From Nanobdellota archaeon (GTDB lineage: Archaea; Nanobdellota; Nanobdellia; Woesearchaeales; GW2011-AR9), in assembly GCA_030647325.1 (NCBI GenBank), contig JAUSJN010000070.1:1-56720 (forward strand): a stretch of 56,720 nt of DNA. The letters run 5' to 3'. Below, in pieces: positions 31,803-40,271 of the stretch. Both the position numbers and the translations under genes were made by a program. The notes below the pieces were generated by a model that did not search any database, was not told where the DNA came from, and saw only the letters and a program-made list of their open reading frames with translations. The stretch's first letter is position 1, and every line of letters starts with the position of its first letter.

Positions 31803-33683
31803 ATGGATTCTTCTAACCTTTCTATAAAAGATTTTTTTCCATATCCGCAGATCCGGCCGGAACAAGGAAAATTATTTCAGGACCTTGATACTGCCTTTCA
31901 GCAGGAAAAGATCCTTCTTGCGCATGCACCGACCGGTTTAGGGAAAACTGCCACTGCCTTATCGGTTGCCCTATATCATGCTTTGGAAAAGAAAAAGCGG
32001 GTGCTCTTTCTTACCAGCCGGCATACCCAGCACGCCATCGCGGTAGAGACACTTCGAGAGATCAGGCAGAAAGGGGTTTCTTTTTCCAGTATCGATCTGG
32101 TCGGCAAAAGATCCATGTGCAGCCAGGAGATAGCAAGCTTGTTTGGCAGTGATTTCAATGATTTTTGTAAAACAATAGTCAGCAGGGGGGAATGCGAGTT
32201 TTACAATAATGTGCGCAGCAAGCAGCAGCTGACCGTAGAAGCAAAGAAAGCGGTAAGTGATCTGCAGCAATATGCACCGATGCATAATCAAGAGATCATG
32301 GCCTTTTCCAAAGAACAGCAGATGTGCGGATACGAACTGGCCATAGCCTTGGCAAAAACTGCGACCATAATCATCGCCGATTACAATTATCTTTTCAATC
32401 CTTATATACAGCAGAATTTTTTTACTAAAATTGATGCGGAGTTAAAGGATGTGATCGTGATAATTGATGAAGGACATAATCTTCCTTCTCGCGTGGTTGA
32501 GGTGCTTAGTTCCAATCTCAGCAGCATCACCATCAAGAATGCCGTGCTGGAAGCGAAAAAATTTGGCTATAACGGGTTATTGTTCTGGCTGCAGGAATTG
32601 GTACGGATCTTGAATGAATTGCAGGTTGCGATTGATTCATCAGATTTTGGGATTAAGGAAAAATTAGTCACCAAAGATGAGTTCACTTCCCAGGTCAATG
32701 CCGTAGTTGAGTATGATGAGTTGATCAACGAGTTGGAGCTCGCGGCAGAAGAAGTTCGCCGCAAGCAGAAGAAAAGTTACCTTGGGGGGATCGCTGCCTT
32801 CTTGGAAGCCTGGAAAGGGGAGGATAAGGGATTTACCCGGATTCTTGCGGAAAAAGATGGAAATTACGGGCCGGTGACCACCTTGAGTTATCAATGCCTT
32901 GATCCGCGCCTCATCACCGAACCTATCTTTAAAGAAATTTTTGCCGGAGTGATCATGAGTGGGACGCTTACGCCGTTATTCATGTATCGCGAGGTATTAG
33001 GAATCGCTAGAGCAGTAGAAAAAGAATATGGCTCGCCCTTTCCGCCGGAAAATAAGTTGAGCTTGATCGTCCCTGAGACCAGCACTAAATATAATCTGCG
33101 CGGTGAAGCGATGTTTAGGAAGATCGCTGAGATTTGTGCAGAGATAGCTTCTCTGATTCCCGGCAATGTGGCTTTCTTCTTCCCTTCGTATCAACTGCGC
33201 GATTCCATCGCCAATAATCTTCATACTTCCAAGAAATTATTCTTTGAGAAAAAAGAGATGTCTTCGGAAGATAAAAATACCTTCCTGGCAGAATTTAAGG
33301 AATATAAAAGTAAAGGCGGCATTTTGCTGGGCGTGTCTGGCGCTAACTTCGCCGAAGGCATAGATTTTCCCGGCGATCTGTTGAACGGAGTAGTTGTGGT
33401 GGGCTTGCCGTTAGGAAAACCTAACCTGCATACCAAAGAGATCGTCAAGTATTACGAGGAGAAATTTGGCAAAGGATGGGATTATGGGTATATCTATCCG
33501 GCCATCTCAAAATGCATCCAGTCAGCTGGACGATGCATCAGGAGCGAGACTGACAAAGGGGCGGTGATCTACTTAGACGAGCGCTTTGCCTGGCAGAATT
33601 ATCATGCTTGCCTGCCAAGAGAAGGATTGCGGGTGACCAAAGAGTATAAAGGATTGTTGAAGGAATTTTTTGGAAATAGTTGA
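31803..33683 (+). CDS. xpd: XPD/Rad3-family 5'-3' DNA helicase
   Basis: Walker A APTGLGKT and DEGH box VIIDEGHNL. Cys cluster (C..C..C..C) in the Fe-S domain region. C-terminal QSAGRCIR motif VI. Confidence 0.9.
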   Translation: MDSSNLSIKDFFPYPQIRPEQGKLFQDLDTAFQQEKILLAHAPTGLGKTATALSVALYHALEKKKRVLFLTSRHTQHAIAVETLREIRQKGVSFSSIDLVGKRSMCSQEIASLFGSDFNDFCKTIVSRGECEFYNNVRSKQQLTVEAKKAVSDLQQYAPMHNQEIMAFSKEQQMCGYELAIALAKTATIIIADYNYLFNPYIQQNFFTKIDAELKDVIVIIDEGHNLPSRVVEVLSSNLSSITIKNAVLEAKKFGYNGLLFWLQELVRILNELQVAIDSSDFGIKEKLVTKDEFTSQVNAVVEYDELINELELAAEEVRRKQKKSYLGGIAAFLEAWKGEDKGFTRILAEKDGNYGPVTTLSYQCLDPRLITEPIFKEIFAGVIMSGTLTPLFMYREVLGIARAVEKEYGSPFPPENKLSLIVPETSTKYNLRGEAMFRKIAEICAEIASLIPGNVAFFFPSYQLRDSIANNLHTSKKLFFEKKEMSSEDKNTFLAEFKEYKSKGGILLGVSGANFAEGIDFPGDLLNGVVVVGLPLGKPNLHTKEIVKYYEEKFGKGWDYGYIYPAISKCIQSAGRCIRSETDKGAVIYLDERFAWQNYHACLPREGLRVTKEYKGLLKEFFGNS

Positions 33684-33711
33684 AGAAGGAACCCTATCAG
33701 GTCTGTTCTTT

Positions 33712-34545
33712 TCAGATATACTGTAATCGTAATCTTGCAGTTTCTATTGATTGATCTTTGAATGATGGCAAATCGCTCCATAAGGAATACTTCCTGTTTT
33801 GCGATGGAAAATTCCAAAAGATACTTATTGCAGGATCAACAGGCACCCAATATCCTTTTCCATTTTTTTGATGAATAAATGCTTCAGCCCACATATGGCC
33901 TCCATCATCTTCTGGTTTTTGGTCATGAACTTTTCCGAAAACGGTTCTAACTTTCAGTCCAAGCTGCTTAATCTTGCCTGCAGTAAAAGTAGAAATTGCT
34001 TTACAATCGCCGCTTATTTTCCCAGTGGTTCTATATTCTTCCAGTAATTCTTCAAAATCATAAAACCCTTTCATTCTCGCATTATTATTATTTTTAGATT
34101 GTCTTACTTCATCAAAAATAATATTTAATTCTGTACGCGTAAGTAATTGGAGAAAAGGACGGTCATATTTAATTTTGTTTGGACAATGTTTGGTTGTAAA
34201 TCTATAGTGCCCATCCTTTACAACTTCCATGTTCTCGGAATGGAAGAGCGGATTTTCCGGAGGAAAAGATTGAATTTCAAAAATATGCTCTTCAGAGTCT
34301 TTACATCTAATCTCTCCTGCATAGACTAAATCCGCTTGAATATTTTTCTCGGGGATTACAATAAGGTCATTTATGTATCCTCTCTGACCTAACTCCTCTT
34401 TTTCTTTTGCCGGAATTTCGAACCATCTATTAAAGTCTAGAGCCAGGTCTAGTGGAAATTCTTCTTCTTCTAGATCAGCTAAATTAACATATTTTGGTGA
34501 GATCAATCTTGGAATTTTATCTTCCAACAATTTTTCGTAGCTCAT
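33712..34545 (-). CDS. transglutaminase-like cysteine protease domain protein
   Basis: GDCKAIS (Cys), GGHMWAEAF (His) and WVPVDP (Asp) form a transglutaminase-core triad. Confidence 0.7.
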   Translation of the reverse strand: MSYEKLLEDKIPRLISPKYVNLADLEEEEFPLDLALDFNRWFEIPAKEKEELGQRGYINDLIVIPEKNIQADLVYAGEIRCKDSEEHIFEIQSFPPENPLFHSENMEVVKDGHYRFTTKHCPNKIKYDRPFLQLLTRTELNIIFDEVRQSKNNNNARMKGFYDFEELLEEYRTTGKISGDCKAISTFTAGKIKQLGLKVRTVFGKVHDQKPEDDGGHMWAEAFIHQKNGKGYWVPVDPAISIFWNFPSQNRKYSLWSDLPSFKDQSIETARLRLQYI

Positions 34546-34682
34546 TTTCTTTTCCCCGTAAGCATCCTTTGGGTGGCCAATTCTATGAAGTGGCTCTTAT
34601 TGCGAAAGATACCGTTCTTTACCTTCTGTTCGACTTCTTTGATAGTGTCCTCTTCCATTGATACTGATACCTTGATTTTCAT
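34542..34682 (-). CDS. ribbon-helix-helix (CopG/Arc-like) protein, 46 aa
   Basis: My translation: MKIKVSVSMEEDTIKEVEQKVKNGIFRNKSHFIELATQRMLTGKRK. Stop overlaps the start of the transglutaminase-like gene (ATGA). Below the ORF-track cutoff. Confidence 0.6.
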   Translation of the reverse strand: MKIKVSVSMEEDTIKEVEQKVKNGIFRNKSHFIELATQRMLTGKRK

Positions 34683-34935
34683 GTTAGTAAGAAGTAGTAA
34701 GATTTGCCCCTAAGTTATAAACTTTTCTAGAAATTAACTACTTTCAAGGAGTATTAACTTTTCTTAACTTTTTCCCCACCAGTATACTAAATAGTAACAT
34801 TTATATATCTGTTGTGCTTTACAGTAGAAATAGTAAGGCGTTTGGGCACATAACAATGTGAGCAGGGGTCCCTTAGAAATTCTACCACCCTCACCCCCTC
34901 TTTGGGGCCCCTTTTCAATCTATCTTTCTAGAACA

Positions 34936-34945
34936 TTTATAAATA
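34936..34945 (+). promoter_or_regulatory. TATA box of ORF 34965-35588
   Basis: TTTATAAATA, about 25 nt upstream of the ATG. Confidence 0.5.
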
Positions 34946-34964
34946 ACTATGAAGATACAATTTT

Positions 34965-35588
34965 ATGGCAGAAGAACAACTAGCATTTTTACAGGATTAC
35001 CCAACTGGGCTTTACCGAACCATTTTTAACTGCACTTTAGATAAAGGACTAAACTTACATACAGATGACCGGGAAAGATTCCGAAGAAATTTAGAGGCAA
35101 TTTCATCTAATCCTGAAAGAAGATATATTCAAACACCGCAACAATTTTTTGAAAGATGGTTAAACGGTCGTCGCGGTGAAGAACCCCAGTTGAATGAATA
35201 TTCACGGTTAGGGTTTGAGCTTCAGATGCCCATAGTTAAAACAATAACCTATGATGAGGGGGCAGTTTTTGGCAGAATTGAAGGATTAGCACTCGCTTCT
35301 GATTTTGGTTATTCTAGTAATTTTGGAAGTTCTTTAGTTTTTGCTATTAACGATATCTCTACCGAAAGGGCTTTAGTTTACAGCGATGAAGAAGAGAGGA
35401 TAAAAACTGATCCGTTGTCTAAAAAAAATCTAAGGCTTCAACGGATATACGGCTTTCCAGATGGTCCTCAGGAATATCCTTTTGCTTCTGTTAATCCATT
35501 AAAATCTCTTGAATATACCTGGTCTTTAATCAATATCTCTCCTGAAGAAGTCTATGGGGCGTTAAAAGAAATTGGATTTGTCTGGTAA
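34965..35588 (+). CDS. hypothetical protein (207 aa)
   Basis: TTTATAAATA at 34936-34945, about 25 nt upstream of the ATG. No motif recognised. Confidence 0.55.
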   Translation: MAEEQLAFLQDYPTGLYRTIFNCTLDKGLNLHTDDRERFRRNLEAISSNPERRYIQTPQQFFERWLNGRRGEEPQLNEYSRLGFELQMPIVKTITYDEGAVFGRIEGLALASDFGYSSNFGSSLVFAINDISTERALVYSDEEERIKTDPLSKKNLRLQRIYGFPDGPQEYPFASVNPLKSLEYTWSLINISPEEVYGALKEIGFVW

Positions 35589-35615
35589 CTCTATTTTTTC
35601 TAATTTAATCTTCTT

Positions 35616-37133
35616 CTATTCCGGACAGCTCTCAAACACATCTGCTACCGTTAAGGTAAAGGCGATCTTAGAAATGTTAGGATGGGTTAAAACCTGGCTG
35701 GTCTGGCCTTCATGGAGCCAGATGACTTTTTCATTGATAACTTCTCCAGTCTGCTTGGTAAGGATATTTATGGGCACGATCGGTAATTCTCCTTTACAAT
35801 ACTGGGGCATCTGCATGGTTTTCCATTCCAATGCACCGGCGCCGGTATAACTTCCCTGTTTTGGTTTCAAATCATACGTTTCTCCGTCGCTGGTGAGTAC
35901 CTTCATAGCATAATAGCTACATAATTTGGAACAGTCTCCTTGGCCGGTATAAAGTGTGCTAAGGCTATTGCAGGTATTAGCTATGCAATAAAGCCCATAA
36001 GCACATTCGCGGTTGTCATTGCACTGCCCTCCCTGCTGCAAGCCAGGTCCTTTAACTTCAGTCGTATCACAGACTCCAGAATTATCTGAATCCAGGCAGC
36101 AGGCATCTCCGGCCGGGTTAAGTAGATGAGGGGGAGTACATTCTACGGTGTAAGTGTTTTCTCCGCTGGTGCCGTTTTCTTGTCCGCCGATTAATTTCTT
36201 GAAAAAAATAGCTTCTCCGGTGCTGGCCTGCAATATCAATAAACCACCGATGATGACCAGGATGCTTACTGCAGCAATGATAATCATCTTTTTTGGATCG
36301 GCCATATCGTAAGCAGGCCGTCGAGCGGTAGTTTTGCTTGCTGAACGCGGTTCAGCCCGGGCGGTTTCTCTTGCTTCCGGCTGAGAAGATTTGTAGCGGC
36401 GGTAATTCTGTTTTACGGTCTGGTCATACGCTTTTTCTATATCGCTGTCCATCCATCCTGCTTTACGTAATTCCTGCTTGATCTGGTGCTGTTTCTTTCC
36501 TTGCTGGATGCTATTGTGGATATAATTGACTATTTCCGGATTGACCATCTTCTGATTTCGATTGATGTAATAATATGCACCCCAGCCTGCCCCACCCAAT
36601 AATAGGATTACAAAAATAATCGTAATGATACGGCTGGATGATTGTCGCTCAGTCAAGGTCTTCTGCAAAGAATCCAAGGTCTGCTGCAATCCTGCTAATC
36701 CGGTAGCGATGGTATTGGTCTTGGAAGAAAGATCCTGGCCAGTATTTTGCAAAGTAGCAAGTTCTGATTGCAAGGTAGAAATCTGGCTTTGGATGGTGAG
36801 GATCTCTCCCTTAGTTAAAGATAAGTCTGAACTGAGGGTAGCTAAGTTGTTTTCCAAACTGGCTATCTTTTCTTCTAATGCGGTGATTTTTTGATCAGTG
36901 CTCTGCGCAGCAGGTGTCGGGGCAACTGCCGCCGGGGCGGCTTCAGCAGCCGGTTCTGCCGGAGCTTCTACCAAAAAACAAGTCTGCGTATCGGGATTAC
37001 AATAATAAGAATCACCATTCTGGCTTAAGGTGCTGCAATCTAAAGAACAGGAATAGCCGGTATCCACATCCGCTAAGGAAGAGATAGCAAATATTGCAAC
37101 TAATACTAATACTAAAACAGCTATCTTTTTCAT
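35616..37133 (-). CDS. surface/membrane protein: signal peptide, Cys motif, Ala/Pro linker, coiled coil, two TM helices, C-terminal Cys-rich ectodomain
   Basis: Domain order read from the translation (LEEKIASLENNLATLSSDL... heptads; TM IITIIFVILLLGGAGWGAYYYI and IIIAAVSILVIIGGLLIL). Confidence 0.7.
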   Translation of the reverse strand: MKKIAVLVLVLVAIFAISSLADVDTGYSCSLDCSTLSQNGDSYYCNPDTQTCFLVEAPAEPAAEAAPAAVAPTPAAQSTDQKITALEEKIASLENNLATLSSDLSLTKGEILTIQSQISTLQSELATLQNTGQDLSSKTNTIATGLAGLQQTLDSLQKTLTERQSSSRIITIIFVILLLGGAGWGAYYYINRNQKMVNPEIVNYIHNSIQQGKKQHQIKQELRKAGWMDSDIEKAYDQTVKQNYRRYKSSQPEARETARAEPRSASKTTARRPAYDMADPKKMIIIAAVSILVIIGGLLILQASTGEAIFFKKLIGGQENGTSGENTYTVECTPPHLLNPAGDACCLDSDNSGVCDTTEVKGPGLQQGGQCNDNRECAYGLYCIANTCNSLSTLYTGQGDCSKLCSYYAMKVLTSDGETYDLKPKQGSYTGAGALEWKTMQMPQYCKGELPIVPINILTKQTGEVINEKVIWLHEGQTSQVLTHPNISKIAFTLTVADVFESCPE

Positions 37134-37235
37134 GGTTCTCTTTTTGGTACAGACTAATTTCTGGATTTATATACTTTTGGTTTTCTTTTCTGCTGTTCAG
37201 TAATATTTAAATAACCGGGCTATCATCTGTTTCTC

Positions 37236-38531
37236 ATGCTTGACATACGAATTGTTCGCGAACATCCTGAAGTAGTAAAAGCTTCAGAAAAAAAGCGCGG
37301 CAGAAACCCAGAGATAGTCGATCAGGTTCTCAAACTGGATGAATCCTGGAAGAAAGAACTCAAGAAAGTAGAAGAGTTGAAGCATAAGCGCAATGTCGTC
37401 TCTCAGGAGATTAATCAGGCCAAGAAAAACAAAAAAGAAAAAGAAGCGGTCAAGAAAATCAAAGAGATGCAGGAGGTAGTCCAAGAGATCAAGGAACGAG
37501 AGTACAGTGCCGATAGTTTCCTGCAGCAGCGAAATGAAGTCCTAAAAAAAATAGGGAATATCCTGGACAAAGAAGTACCTGTAGGTAAAGATGAAAATGA
37601 TAATGTGGAGCTTAAAAAATGGGGCAAGATCGTTAAACCATCTTTCCCATTAAAAGATCATATCGAACTGGGATTAGAATTGGATCTATTTGATCTGGAT
37701 ACCGCCGCATCCGTCTCCGGAGCACGTTTCTATTATCTCAAGAATGAGGCAGTATTGCTCGATATGGCCTTGCAGCGGTTTGCTGTTGATGTCTTGCTGA
37801 AACATGGCTTTTCCATGCACTGGCCGCCATTCATGCTGAATAAAGCGGCACTAGAAGGCGGAGTAAATCTCTCTGAGTTTGAAGATACTATCTACAAGAT
37901 CGAAGGTGAAGATCTTTATCTCATCGGAACTTCTGAACATCCCTTGTTAGCCTTGAAAAAAGACCAAGTCTTGCAGGAAAATGAATTACCGAACATGATC
38001 GGCGGCATCAGCACCTGTTTCCGGAAAGAAGCTGGCGCGCACGGCCGGGATACCAAAGGAATTTTCCGTGTACATCAGTTTAACAAAGTAGAACAGATCG
38101 TCATCTGCAAGCCCGAAGAGTCAGCCAAATATTTCAAAGAGATGCAGGCCATCTCAGAATCCATTTTCCAGCAATTGGAAATACCTTATCATGTTGTTGC
38201 GGTATGCAGCGGTGACATAGGCAATAAGCAATCCTTGCAATACGATATTGAAGCCTGGTTCCCCGGTCAGAATGACAAGAAAGGTGCGTATAGGGAAGTC
38301 ACTTCCTGCAGCAACTGTTTAGAATATCAGGCGGTGACCTTGAACACCAAATTTATGGCTAAGGATGGAGAGAGAAAGTACGTGCATATGTTGAACAATA
38401 CGGCTATTGCCACTTCTCGTGCTATTGTCGCCATCATCGAGAACGGTCAGACCAAAGAAGGAACGGTCAAGATCCCTAAAGTATTATGGCCGTATATGAA
38501 TGGGATCAAGGAATTGAAGAGAAAGAAGTAA
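37236..38531 (+). CDS. serS: serine--tRNA ligase
   Basis: N-terminal coiled-coil arm. Class II motifs (FRKEAGAHGRDTKGIFRVHQF, and the region ending ...NNTAIATSRAIVAIIEN). Confidence 0.95.
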   Translation: MLDIRIVREHPEVVKASEKKRGRNPEIVDQVLKLDESWKKELKKVEELKHKRNVVSQEINQAKKNKKEKEAVKKIKEMQEVVQEIKEREYSADSFLQQRNEVLKKIGNILDKEVPVGKDENDNVELKKWGKIVKPSFPLKDHIELGLELDLFDLDTAASVSGARFYYLKNEAVLLDMALQRFAVDVLLKHGFSMHWPPFMLNKAALEGGVNLSEFEDTIYKIEGEDLYLIGTSEHPLLALKKDQVLQENELPNMIGGISTCFRKEAGAHGRDTKGIFRVHQFNKVEQIVICKPEESAKYFKEMQAISESIFQQLEIPYHVVAVCSGDIGNKQSLQYDIEAWFPGQNDKKGAYREVTSCSNCLEYQAVTLNTKFMAKDGERKYVHMLNNTAIATSRAIVAIIENGQTKEGTVKIPKVLWPYMNGIKELKRKK

Positions 38532-38538
38532 AAATAAT

Positions 38539-39228
38539 ATGAATGAAAAGGCAATATCTCTAAAAGATAAAAGTGTATTCGGCGTTCTGAAAGATTCTCT
38601 TCTTAATGCTTCTGTCGGTTTTTTAAATCAGGAATCAAAGTTTTCATCCCTTAGCAGAGTCTTAATAAGAAAGAATAACTCAACCTATTTTGAAAGGTTT
38701 TATCAAGAATTTGAGGAACTAAATCAGGCTGGAAAAGTTAAGGCTGGGTTTACAGAAAGTGATGAGGGAATGGAATGCCTATACCTTCTTATTGATTGCT
38801 TTGAAAAATATCCTATGAAAGAGGACAAATTTAAGATTCTTAAAAGAATCTACTTTATTGCATGCCAACATGATATAAAAGAGTTTGAGGTTCTACCATC
38901 TGCGTATATGAAAATAGCCGTTACTTTAGAGTCAGAAGAAATACTAATTCTAGCTGGATGCCTAAAGTTACAATTGTCTGGTCGAGCAGGCAATAGCGAT
39001 ATCGTTAATAACCCTCATCTATGGTCACTTGAAATTGCCAAATTATCTGGCTTAAAAACAAAGGAGCTTGTAGATTCCTACGCAGAAAAATTGGCGACCA
39101 AGATGATATTATATGCTCTTCATAAATCAGGTGGATTTGAATCAAATGGTGGAAAGAACGGCAGATTAACTTCATTAGGTCTCGAACTGTGTAAATTTCT
39201 TGAAGAGAAGGATGTTACTTTAAGTTAA
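38539..39228 (+). CDS. hypothetical protein (229 aa)
   Basis: Starts 7 nt after the serS stop. No motif recognised. Confidence 0.55.
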   Translation: MNEKAISLKDKSVFGVLKDSLLNASVGFLNQESKFSSLSRVLIRKNNSTYFERFYQEFEELNQAGKVKAGFTESDEGMECLYLLIDCFEKYPMKEDKFKILKRIYFIACQHDIKEFEVLPSAYMKIAVTLESEEILILAGCLKLQLSGRAGNSDIVNNPHLWSLEIAKLSGLKTKELVDSYAEKLATKMILYALHKSGGFESNGGKNGRLTSLGLELCKFLEEKDVTLS

Positions 39229-39469
39229 TTTTTCTTTCATTCTTACACAAGAATAGTTTTTGCACAAAGCCGCAAAATAAATAAACTATTTAAATGAGTG
39301 CAACTTATGATGTTCTATGAAAAAGAGAAATAAAACAATATTTTTGTTAGTTGTATTTTTATTAATTGTGATTATAATGGTAATAGGGGCATATTATATT
39401 GGGGTCCCGCCTCAAGGGGCTTTTGATTCAGAAATGATTGTACGCTCCTAATCTAAAATAATTAAAAAA

Positions 39470-39608
39470 GCGCCACCGCCCGGATTTGAACCGGGAATTC
39501 CTTACGGAACAGAATATCTGCAGGAACGCACTCTCATCATAGGCATCAGCCATTTTCGTGTGCGCGCATCATAGCAATCCTGCGCAATACCGGATTATGC
39601 GACGGTGG
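39470..39608 (-). tRNA. tRNA-Ser(GCU) with a long (about 46-56 nt) intron after position 37
   Basis: Minus-strand read: GCCACCG TC GCA-TAATCCGGTAT-TGC G CAGGA-TTGCTA|intron|, closing with TCCTG or TTCTG. Long variable arm TTCC-GTAA-GGAA. T arm CCCGG-TTCAAAT-CCGGG. CGGTGGC plus G73. The intron 3' boundary is ambiguous. Confidence 0.7.
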
Positions 39609-39640
39609 CAATAATCTAAGAGCAAAACTTCTACTTTTGT

Positions 39641-39727
39641 TTTTAAATCTTACTATTCCACAAATTAAATCTAAATTGTCAAGAAGTGATGGAATAGTAA
39701 GGGTCAGAACGAACCGTGTGAGTGATA
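39641..39727 (+). repeat. element H2: palindrome CTTACTATTCCA/TGGAATAGTAAG plus GGGTCAGAACGAAC...GTGAGTGA, abutting the putative tRNA-Ser TATA box
   Basis: Second copy of element H (see 25788-25852). Confidence 0.7.
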
Positions 39728-39771
39728 GACTTTTACTATAGAAGAAAAGATAATTAAAAATGAAAGAAACC

Positions 39772-40173
39772 TTACTCCTGTTCATTCGGGAAAGGAGCAT
39801 TTCTGTGGATCTTTGCAAAGTAGGGCACTGCCACAACATAATCTTCGCCGAATCCTGCGATATCTCCTTCGATCGCTTCACAGGTCTTTCGCAACTTAGA
39901 GATCGCTCTTTTCAGTTCAACCAGATCCTTTTCTCGTAAAGGCTTGATGTTGATCAAGGCGATAGTTGATCCTTCCCGCAAGACGTCAAGAACAGATTTT
40001 ATATCCTCAAATTCTTCCATAACAAAAGGGCGGACTACTACTTTGGTTTTCTCATCCTTTGAAGCTCCTGTCTCTAGCTCCACATAATTGTCTCCTTGTG
40101 TTGCTTCCTCCTGTTCTTCAGCAGGCCGTGTAAATTTTTCCTTTAATTGTAAAAAAAAGTCTCTCATGTTCAC
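39772..40173 (-). CDS. sepF: cell division protein SepF (DUF552)
   Basis: C-terminal VVVRPFVMEEFEDIKSVLDVLREGSTIALINIKPL...DIAGFGEDYVVAVP matches the SepF domain pattern. Confidence 0.8.
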   Translation of the reverse strand: MNMRDFFLQLKEKFTRPAEEQEEATQGDNYVELETGASKDEKTKVVVRPFVMEEFEDIKSVLDVLREGSTIALINIKPLREKDLVELKRAISKLRKTCEAIEGDIAGFGEDYVVAVPYFAKIHRNAPFPNEQE

Positions 40174-40271
40174 ACCCTCTTGTTTTTTATTTTATCCCCC
40201 TGAAATTAATGCTATATGTTCTTCTCAATAGGAAGAAACTACTATATAAATGTTTTTATGCTGCATACTAA

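Noticed and set aside
34690-34964. 275-nt divergent spacer containing GGGGTCCC and GGGGCCCC-TTTT
   Set aside because: Short GC palindromes only. It has no extended helices or repeats like the other loci, and is probably two promoters plus a small hairpin.
39317-39436. 39-codon ORF encoding a single-TM peptide (MKKRNKTIFLLVVFLLIVIIMVIGAYY...)
   Set aside because: It is plausible as a small membrane peptide, but there is no supporting signal beyond hydrophobicity in AT-rich DNA, so it is not reported as a feature.
39546-39881. 111-aa minus-strand ORF
   Set aside because: It runs through the tRNA-Ser gene, element H2 and the 3' end of sepF.
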